A stretch of 64,000 nucleotides of DNA from a virus (Duplodnaviria > Caudoviricetes), in the IMG/VR virus record IMGVR_UViG_3300028581_000010. One strand, 5' to 3'. The notes under the pieces were generated by a model. The model saw nothing but the letters and a program-made list of their open reading frames with translations, did no database searches and was not told where the DNA came from. The position numbers and the translations under genes are program-made. This document shows positions 44,955-51,383 of the stretch, in pieces. The stretch's first letter is position 1. Every line of letters starts with the position of its first letter.

Positions 44955-45295
44955 CGCGGTGAGTATCCCTTGCAGCGAGCACACTGATCCATACGCAGCC
45001 CTCCATCCAGCACGCTCCTCTGTTCACCAACGAAGCCGCAATGAGGGCATACAGGACCTAGTGGTCCTACATCATTGCGACAATCCATGCAGAGTTCTGC
45101 TACGTCAAGTATCATTTTAGCGTTATAGACGGTGTCGCGGACGGTACCATCCTCAAGAACATCGTGGCGAGTAAACGTATACTCGGGAAATCGGTGAGCG
45201 ATCTCCACCATAGCTTCAAAGTTTGACGTTCTGCCGCAGGAGAGCGCATGCTCTATATGTTTTTCTAAGTTTATTGGGTCGATAATTATGTTCAT
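44951..45295 (-). CDS. hypothetical Zn-ribbon protein
   Basis: Three CxxC pairs. Begins 5 nt after tRNA-Ser. Confidence 0.55.
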   Translation of the reverse strand: MNIIIDPINLEKHIEHALSCGRTSNFEAMVEIAHRFPEYTFTRHDVLEDGTVRDTVYNAKMILDVAELCMDCRNDVGPLGPVCPHCGFVGEQRSVLDGGLRMDQCARCKGYSPR

Positions 45296-45300
45296 AGTTT

Positions 45301-45390
45301 TGGCGGAGACAAAGAGCGTTGAACTCTTAGTAGTCTTTAGCTACGGCGCTTTAGCAAAGCGCTACGAAAAACCGATATTCGTGTCGTCTC
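45301..45390 (-). tRNA. tRNA-Ser(GCU)
   Basis: GGAGACG/TGTCTCC-G-CCA, loop TT-GCT-AA and a long variable arm. Confidence 0.92.
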
Positions 45391-45413
45391 CAAGTTATTT
45401 GATACTGGAAAAA

Positions 45414-45488
45414 TACCCCAATCGAGGCTCGAACTCGAAGTCTCCAGGTTGAAAACCTAGCGTGTTAGACCAGTTACACTATTGGGGC
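45414..45488 (-). tRNA. tRNA-Glu(UUC)
   Basis: GCCCCAA/TTGGGGT-A and loop TT-TTC-AA. No encoded CCA. Confidence 0.92.
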
Positions 45489-45496
45489 AAAAGCTT

Positions 45497-45613
45497 CCTA
45501 CCGATTACTACGAAGGCGCCGATCAAGTTTGGACCTCTCTCGACATTGCCTTCCTGTTATTGTATTGGGCGAGCTACACATACTCAGTGTAACGGCCACA
45601 GGCGGATGGTAGG
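45497..45613 (-). ncRNA. unassigned ~117-nt structured RNA
   Basis: Closing stem CCTACC/GGTAGG, CGCC/GGCG and hairpin GTTACAC/GTGTAGC. Confidence 0.45.
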
Positions 45614-45640
45614 TTTACAACCGTGAACCAAAGTGTAGTA

Positions 45641-45762
45641 TGAGCGCGGCAGGATTTGAACCTGCATGACTAGCGACTGTTAGTGAATCCCAATATATAG
45701 CTAATACTATATACCCGTCTTTGTCTTATTATTTAGCGTCTTTACATTCCGCCACGCCGCTC
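45641..45762 (-). ncRNA. tRNA-like RNA with Leu-type D- and T-arms but an expanded non-canonical anticodon region
   Basis: TGGCGGAATGTAAAGACGC D-arm, GCAGG-TTCAAAT-CCTGC T-arm, GAGCG/CGCTC-A acceptor and a ~65-nt insert. Confidence 0.7.
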
Positions 45763-45786
45763 AAACTAACCACAGCAAAAATGTTT

Positions 45787-45892
45787 TGGCGGGGCTTCCG
45801 GTAGGGGCTTGGTAATCTCTAGCAACTTAAACCAATGATCCCCGCTTTACCGATGCTACGACCCGAAGCACTCGTGCTGGCCATGCCACGCC
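45787..45892 (-). ncRNA. unassigned ~106-nt rod-like RNA ending in CCA
   Basis: GGCG/CGCC, GCTTC/GAAGC, CGGTA/TACCG, GGGG/CCCC and TGGT/ACCA nested helices. Confidence 0.5.
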
Positions 45893-45909
45893 ACCAAATA
45901 ACTAAAAAG

Positions 45910-46430
45910 TTGTTGACCAAGATTAAAAGGTCCTGTTTACCCACGACAGGACAGGCTTCGGCTCCTTTCGGATAATGGCGCTATTTCCGCCTTACGCCTT
46001 GTCAGCAGGAGCCTAGGCTCCTGAGATTCTTACAAACATAAACTGATGAAACACCTCGATTTGACATACCTATACACCCGGAAGCGCCATAAGAGATTAC
46101 TCCGACCACTGGTGGCCGGTTGTATAACTCACACCTGCGTACAGGTGTACTTTGCAACTGGCGCAGTGTTACCTACGCCAGCTCTTTAAGCTTAGCTATG
46201 GACTTTAAATGAGCCTTCCTTACTTATACCTTGCAACCATAACGGATATGAGCCTTACTACCTTGCGAACTTGAGCCTTCAGCCTTGAGACATAGCACTC
46301 TGATGAGTGATATACCATAGGTTTGATACACGCTGAGAAAGCATGTTAGGTTTACAATTCCATGTAAGTTTCATATTGTCGATTATGAGTTCGCCAGATG
46401 AAAGCCACAAGGGCCTCCTCTAGTCTTTTC
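45910..46430 (-). ncRNA. candidate large (~500 nt) multi-hairpin ncRNA
   Basis: No ORF of 60 aa or more. It has at least five clean hairpins, an 8-bp long-range helix and repeated AAGG motifs. Boundaries are approximate. Confidence 0.55.
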
Positions 46431-46433
46431 TCT

Positions 46434-46605
46434 AACTGATTACGGATATGTCAAATCGAACTGTTTCAAATTGTGCAGGGCTATGTCCCTGCTGGGAGGT
46501 CTGTCGGCCTCATCCAAGGGGTTCTCTCCCCCTGTCAACTCTGGTATTAGCAGGTCTTGAGTTTTCCCTGTTTTAAACTGAGAACGACTACATGCCTGAT
46601 CAGTT
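46434..46605 (-). ncRNA. 6S-RNA-like 172-nt rod with a central bubble
   Basis: AACTGAT/ATCAGTT, ATGT/ACAT, AGTCG/CGATT, CAGGG/CCCTG, then a bubble, then CCTGCT/AGCAGG and an apical AGGGG/CCCCT. Confidence 0.55.
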
Positions 46606-46613
46606 TGAAAGTC

Positions 46614-46701
46614 TGCGCGAGGCGGGACTCGAACCCGCATGCTACTGTTATTTCGCGTCCGCCTCTAAAACGGAATTGTCTACCAATTTCAACACCCGCG
46701 C
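46614..46701 (-). tRNA. tRNA-Leu(UAG)
   Basis: GCGCGGG/CTCGCGC-A, loop TT-TAG-AG and a long variable arm. No encoded CCA. Confidence 0.92.
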
Positions 46702-47385
46702 GTTTAAACTTATACCATAACTCCTACACCATTTTCTAACTGCGTTATCAGAAACTCCGAAGGTTTTCCCTATCTGCACAAAAGATGCCGTACGTATGAG
46801 CCGTTGCAATTCGTCTTTCTCCGGGCGCACAACTTTGCGAAAGCTTGGTTTTGGTTTAGTTCTCCAGTGCGGATCTCCTTTTATTTTCTCCTTTTTAGTC
46901 CTTGTCGGCTTGGGAGGCATTTTCTGTTCGCGTCTGTCAACCAGCCTACGCCTAGTCTCCATAGCATGACAGTTAGGGCAAAGAAGCTGTAAGTTCTCTA
47001 GTCGGTTATCGAAGTGGTCAGAATTTATATGATCCAACTCCAAAATAGCGGGAGCACCTTGCCAGTCAGTTAAGCCGCATAGTTCGCATTCTTGCTTTTT
47101 GAACCCTTCCTTAATAAGCCTCTTTTTAATGTAGTTGCTATTGCATGGTGAGTTGGCCACCAGATATTTCTCTATAGGCTGCTTAGGTGGGAAAGTTTTA
47201 CCCTTATTCCAAGCTTTGCCAGTAAAGTGAGTGGTCGGCAAGTCATAAGCTTTAGCAACTTTTGCAATATAGCTTTGGGCGCCTGTCCGAGAAGATACTT
47301 CTAATTTTCGACATACCTCTGCCCACGAGCGGCACTGTTCGACAATAGGCCCCAATAATTGCTTTGTGTATTTGGTTCTTAGCAT
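46648..47385 (-). CDS. HNH endonuclease within the tRNA/ncRNA island
   Basis: CELCG..LELDHINSDHFDNRLENLQLLCPNCH and a C-terminal HTH (IGKTFGVSDNAVRKW). Confidence 0.9.
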   Translation of the reverse strand: MLRTKYTKQLLGPIVEQCRSWAEVCRKLEVSSRTGAQSYIAKVAKAYDLPTTHFTGKAWNKGKTFPPKQPIEKYLVANSPCNSNYIKKRLIKEGFKKQECELCGLTDWQGAPAILELDHINSDHFDNRLENLQLLCPNCHAMETRRRLVDRREQKMPPKPTRTKKEKIKGDPHWRTKPKPSFRKVVRPEKDELQRLIRTASFVQIGKTFGVSDNAVRKWCRSYGISLNARVLKLVDNSVLEADAK

Positions 47386-47393
47386 ACGCATAT

Positions 47394-47423
47394 ATCTTAA
47401 GGCAAGTGCGTATGCCAAGTCAA
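47394..47423 (-). promoter_or_regulatory. sigma70-like promoter TTGACT-N18-TAAGAT for the HNH gene
   Basis: The ATG at 47385 lies 8 nt after the -10. Confidence 0.5.
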
Positions 47424-47437
47424 CTAGATATGTAAAG

Positions 47438-47613
47438 TTTTCCTACGAGTGGGATATGATCCCACACTCCGCGCATGTACCGGTGAACGCGGGTGCTATT
47501 TATCGGACTCGACCACTTCGGAAGCGATCCGTCGTGCGCCCAATGCCTCGCCCTGTGTGTCTAGAAACACAGCAGTTGCCCATATTAATTTTGGGTTACA
47601 CTATCGTAGAAAA
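47438..47613 (-). ncRNA. unassigned ~175-nt multi-stem junction RNA
   Basis: Closing stem TTTTCTACGA/TCGTAG(G)AAAA enclosing about five hairpins, e.g. GTGGGATCATATCCCAC and CCGCG/CGCGG. Confidence 0.5.
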
Positions 47614-47621
47614 GTTAAAGA

Positions 47622-47655
47622 GATGGGGACGCCGTGGTTTTGCGGCGCCCCCATC
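47622..47655 (-). terminator. strong GC hairpin (terminator or processing stem)
   Basis: GATGGGGGCGCCG-CAAAACCA-CGGCGTCCCCATC followed by TCTTTAACTTTT. Confidence 0.55.
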
Positions 47656-47851
47656 CTGATGTTACCAGGCCAACTTTTTGTGGACAGGATGCCAAGCCTG
47701 CTTTACGAGATTCATCGAACAAGGTGATTTAGGCCTGTTCGATGCACTCACCACCCCCGCAGAAAAACGGCCCACACCCTCAAGCGCCACTCAACCTCCA
47801 GGCCTAGGAAGGAGGTATGGTTGTGACTCTGTTTTGTAATGTGGGACCAAA

Positions 47852-48271
47852 TGGTGGAGGTAGCGGGAGTCGAACCCGCGTGTTCAATACTTCTCTAACA
47901 CCTCTACGTGCGTAGTTTGATATTATTTTCGACTGTGGTCTGCTATCAAACAAACGGTGCCACAGCTTAGGCAGACCCGTCTGCCAGGGTGCGGATTACC
48001 GCCATCTTTTACCACGATTGACGCCGAGCGCTTTTCTTCACTCAGCCAGGTTACGTGACATCCTGAGTTCGATGACTGTTACAGTCCGCTTACGCGGCGA
48101 GCAGTTCGCGATCAACGCTCCCGAAGGAGGCGATCATCGCGTCAGCTTCTGCAACCGTCATTGCTTGATCCATAGGATTAGCATTTAGTTTTTGTTAGCT
48201 TTCAAGGTGCCCCGCTAACGAACCCACACGCAGTGCTTCAATACATATTGAGTCGAAGCCAGTATACCCCC
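47852..48271 (-). ncRNA. ssrA: tmRNA (420 nt), tag ANPMDQAMTVAEADAMIASFGSVDRELLAA*
   Basis: 5' GGGGGTA..GGCTTCGAC and 3' GCGGGTTCGACTCCCGC-TACCTCC-A-CCA with G3.U70. Resume codon GCT at 48182 follows AAAAACTAAAT, and the tag ORF ends in AA*. Confidence 0.95.
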
Positions 48272-48322
48272 GAAAATGTGTGCGTGGTGCACTGTTTTAA
48301 TTGTACACCACGCACGAAAACG

Positions 48323-48868
48323 CTACAACTCCAAAAGTGGCGTGGTCGCATTGACCGTCTCGAGGATCGAGTCGATCAGGTGTGGCTCGCGCCGGAAGTT
48401 TGTGACTTTTTGATCCCGGACTTGCGGATCAAAGTAGCGACGAACCTTCACGGTTGCAGACCCTCCAGTCGATGTGGGCACGGTCTTGTCTTTCAGGTTC
48501 CTGTCGTTCAGGAGACCCCAAGCGAGCTGCTCATGGTTGGCAAGATCCCGCCGGCGCAACACCCAAGCGGCGATCGTCTTCTCGACTGTTCGTGATGGCT
48601 CGATTTCAATCGTAACCTTTGTCTCCAGATTTGTCTTTTGGATACGCAAGGACAGCTCTTCGATCTTTGAGAGCTTGTCATGGATGGCTTGGAGCCAGCC
48701 TTCCACGGTTTTGCGCTGAGTCACCTCATCTGTGTAAACAGGTGCCTCGTTGTCCAGATCAGCCGCATGCGCGTTGATCTTTGCTTTGAGCTCCTCGATG
48801 TCTGCAAGGAGCAACTTCCGCTGCTTCATTGCCTGAATTAACGTCAGGCTCGCTTTGTTCTCGGTCAT
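48323..48868 (-). CDS. DIP1984/DUF6847-like coiled-coil protein
   Basis: L.QA...R..L...IEEL..KI...LS.RIQKTN..T..ID..L...N pattern. Confidence 0.55.
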   Translation of the reverse strand: MTENKASLTLIQAMKQRKLLLADIEELKAKINAHAADLDNEAPVYTDEVTQRKTVEGWLQAIHDKLSKIEELSLRIQKTNLETKVTIEIEPSRTVEKTIAAWVLRRRDLANHEQLAWGLLNDRNLKDKTVPTSTGGSATVKVRRYFDPQVRDQKVTNFRREPHLIDSILETVNATTPLLEL

Positions 48869-49144
48869 AAACCTTTAGTGGGTTTGTCTTAAAGGGTGTG
48901 GAGGGAATTCCCGGAAAAGGGCCGGGTGCCAGCCTTACGGTACTGGCCCTCCACATTTTACGCACTGCAACAGAAGAGTCTCTCCTACAGTACTCGCCTG
49001 AGCCTAGGGTCAAATTTTACTCATCCGGCTCCAGCTAGAAAGGGTGGACGCTGAATCTGGGGCGACAAGGGTCAGGAATCAGCCGGCACTTGCCGACAGT
49101 GAACAACGTCCATATGTGTGAACGCGAAAGCGCTCTATCAATGT

Positions 49145-49153
49145 ATTATACCA
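49145..49153 (-). promoter_or_regulatory. extended -10 promoter TGGTATAAT
   Basis: Perfect TGnTATAAT upstream of a ~270-nt ORF-free leader. An identical 9-mer occurs at 49870-49878. Confidence 0.65.
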
Positions 49154-49171
49154 AAAAAGGCACCTTTAAGC

Positions 49172-49618
49172 TCACTGTGGAAGCTGTTTTTGTACCTCTT
49201 TGGAAAGGAGCTGGCCTGGTATATTTCCACCGGACATTTCCTTGGCGAGCTTCATCACATCGCCCATCTGTTTGCGTGAAGTAGCCTCGAGCTTCGATAT
49301 TGCCTGAGAGACGATTGTCTCGATCTCTCCCTCGGTTGGGACCGGAGGCATGTAGGCAGCGAGCATAACCTTCTCCATTCCCTCCTTGGCGGCCCGTGCC
49401 GTTTCTCCGACTTTTACATAGGAGTCGATGGAGTCCTGTCTCTTCTTGCACTCCTTGGCGACCACCTGTAAAAACTCGGTCTGGTCGAGCTCGTGGCGCA
49501 GTTCGATAGCCTTGTTTACCATCGCGCTCTTGAGCATGCGCAATACGTCGCGCTTCATACGGTCGCCAGTCATCATGGCAACCTTGATATCCTCGTCGAT
49601 TTTTTGTGAGGGTAGCAT
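49172..49618 (-). CDS. yqeY: GatB/YqeY domain protein
   Basis: D.K.AM..GD....VLRMLKSA..KE.KKR.DSI..Y..E...L..YMP..Q..G.VMK. Confidence 0.88.
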   Translation of the reverse strand: MLPSQKIDEDIKVAMMTGDRMKRDVLRMLKSAMVNKAIELRHELDQTEFLQVVAKECKKRQDSIDSYVKVGETARAAKEGMEKVMLAAYMPPVPTEGEIETIVSQAISKLEATSRKQMGDVMKLAKEMSGGNIPGQLLSKEVQKQLPQ

Positions 49619-49622
49619 ATTG

Positions 49623-49820
49623 TTAGCAGGGTTGAACAATCAGCTGGTTGTGGTTGAATTCAGGGCAAGTTGCTTCCGCAGCAGTTTGCTCCAGTGGTTT
49701 GTCCGAAGGCTGCCCAGCTAGCCTTCTCGTCTCTGAGCGCTCGCACTCGATCATACACCCACATTGGGGGCATTCGCCGCGCATCTTCTGTCGTGTGTTT
49801 CCGTTTTTTAAGATTTGCAT
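49623..49820 (-). CDS. small Zn-ribbon protein
   Basis: ECPQCGCMIEC...TCPE. Confidence 0.55.
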   Translation of the reverse strand: MQILKNGNTRQKMRGECPQCGCMIECERSETRRLAGQPSDKPLEQTAAEATCPEFNHNQLIVQPC

Positions 49821-49869
49821 GTTGGTTGTATTTAGTTAAAGAAAAGGCTATGAACACCTTCTTCATAGT

Positions 49870-49878
49870 ATTATACCA
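49870..49878 (-). promoter_or_regulatory. extended -10 promoter TGGTATAAT
   Basis: Upstream of the 49820 ORF. Confidence 0.6.
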
Positions 49879-49989
49879 ATTTTACAGAGTGGCTGCTGGC
49901 TAAGAAAAAGTGGCCGTCCAGGATCCTTGTGCAGGCCGAGTTACCATCATTTTCTTCCAACCGTATACAGCGGCTGGTCTGGTTAATTG

Positions 49990-50298
49990 TTAGAGCTCCT
50001 CGTCCGCCAGGAAGGTGTCGAGTGTGGCCGCCATGCGGCCGGTGGCGTTAGCCGAGCACTGGAGATAGTGCTGGGCTGCACGGAGCACATTGTTGACAAT
50101 GCGGCGGTGGCGCGCCAGAAGGGCGAGAAACCGCGGAGCCAGTTCCATGACGAGGGCGTGCACGTCCTCGCGGAGTGCCTTATCCTCTTCGATGGTTGGC
50201 TCGAGTGGTTTGGTAACCGCCTCGAACCGTTCCACTTCCTCGACAATAATGCCTTTGCAGCTTTCGAGAAGGCCAATGACCTTTTGATTTGTTGACAT
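49990..50298 (-). CDS. hypothetical helical protein
   Basis: ORF track. A-rich leader. Confidence 0.55.
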   Translation of the reverse strand: MSTNQKVIGLLESCKGIIVEEVERFEAVTKPLEPTIEEDKALREDVHALVMELAPRFLALLARHRRIVNNVLRAAQHYLQCSANATGRMAATLDTFLADEEL

Positions 50299-50361
50299 GG
50301 TATTTGTATTTTCTTTGCCAAGAGCACAACGCCCTCAGCAATAGATTATACCTCAAATACC

Positions 50362-51039
50362 TTAAATCGTGGCAGGGGGTTCCTGCTCTAGAGAAGGATG
50401 ACGAGAAACAGTGCTTGCTCGGTTGGGCCAAGTGCGTTCGATATCTGAACGGCTTAGACCACCAGTACCCGAAGCCTGCGTCTCGGGGTGAGAAGAATAC
50501 ACGGAGTATTCTACGGAAAATGGAACGGTCTTTAGCACCGTCGTATAGGTTCTGCGACCCATGTTGGCTCCAAACTTACTGCGAGCAACAATATCCATAT
50601 AATATGTGCCCGCTGGCCATGTTGCAGTAGCGTCGGCCGGAATCCAGATCTCGTAGTAGCCTGGGCGCCCTGGCTGCACATATAGCCCCACGTTGAGCTC
50701 AGCCGACCATGTCTTGGTCAGACTACGTACGCTAGGCTTGACGACTACCACAATCTCAAAATCTTCTGTAGTAATAGGAGCGCCGAAGTCATACAGAAAG
50801 GCCTCGAATACGAAGTCTTCACCCTGGTAGAACAATGGTGGCTCCTCCGGGCCTGATTCGAATGGCGAGCCGGGAATACCAAACTTGGTAAGCGGATTGT
50901 CTCCTATTATTGCTCTACCGCTGTGCTTGGCAACGACCATAGTCTGAAGCGTCTGCATATTGCCATTTACCAAAATCTCGGGTAAAGGGGCAGACTCTCC
51001 GCTTTGTGTCAGGCTATGGATATTAATGTCGTTGCTCAT
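50362..51039 (-). CDS. putative virion protein (BppU-N/Ig-like beta-sandwich)
   Basis: QGEDFVFEAFL..GYYEIWIP..T...GTYYMDI. Sits at the end of the tail-gene run. Confidence 0.5.
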   Translation of the reverse strand: MSNDINIHSLTQSGESAPLPEILVNGNMQTLQTMVVAKHSGRAIIGDNPLTKFGIPGSPFESGPEEPPLFYQGEDFVFEAFLYDFGAPITTEDFEIVVVVKPSVRSLTKTWSAELNVGLYVQPGRPGYYEIWIPADATATWPAGTYYMDIVARSKFGANMGRRTYTTVLKTVPFSVEYSVYSSHPETQASGTGGLSRSDIERTWPNRASTVSRHPSLEQEPPATI

Positions 51040-51059
51040 CTTTCTATTGTATCAAGCCG

Positions 51060-51383
51060 TTACGTACAAACCAATTCTAATTTATTGCCAGGCTTGCGTA
51101 CATAGTAGCAGAGCTCGTCGAGCCCAAGCACGCGTTTCATATCTAGAAAGTCCTGGTTGCTGAGCGAGGACAGAATGTTCTCGATCACTTGCTTGTTGGC
51201 GTCTGTGACCGCAAAGTTGTACTTCGACCCACAGTTGCAGTTCTTCTTGGGGGCAGCACTCGTGCCCATGTCTCTAAGCGGGGCGAATCTTGGAAGCCCC
51301 ATCAATGCATCATTTCCTTTAGCCACGTTGATCACTTGATTAACGCTGGTCAATACTAGTCTTTTTTTAGGTGTCTCAGGCAT
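51060..51383 (-). CDS. hypothetical protein with a CNCG motif
   Basis: Packed in the structural run. Confidence 0.55.
   Translation of the reverse strand: MPETPKKRLVLTSVNQVINVAKGNDALMGLPRFAPLRDMGTSAAPKKNCNCGSKYNFAVTDANKQVIENILSSLSNQDFLDMKRVLGLDELCYYVRKPGNKLELVCT

Noticed and set aside
46300-46345. Hammerhead ribozyme (CTGATGA on the plus strand)
   Set aside because: There is no proper stem II immediately followed by GAAA, and the element is antisense to the likely transcript.
46440-47727. ORFs 46440-46640, 46557-46739, 47366-47659 and 47449-47727
   Set aside because: They coincide with tRNA or structured RNA elements and have no protein-like motifs.
47795-47820. Anti-Shine-Dalgarno-like ACCTCCTT downstream of tmRNA
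   Set aside because: It is paired with GGAGGT in a local hairpin, and the downstream short GTG ORF is unconvincing. An 8-mer match is plausible by chance.
41700-47860. tRNA-associated HDV-like (theta) ribozymes
   Set aside because: The sequences directly 3' of each tRNA and the tmRNA are short A/U linkers or other elements. No nested double-pseudoknot pattern was found by eye.
49660-49866. 68-aa ORF starting at 49866
   Set aside because: Its ATG lies only 3 nt after the -10 hexamer, i.e. upstream of the expected start site. The overlapping CxxC ORF 49623-49820 is the better candidate.
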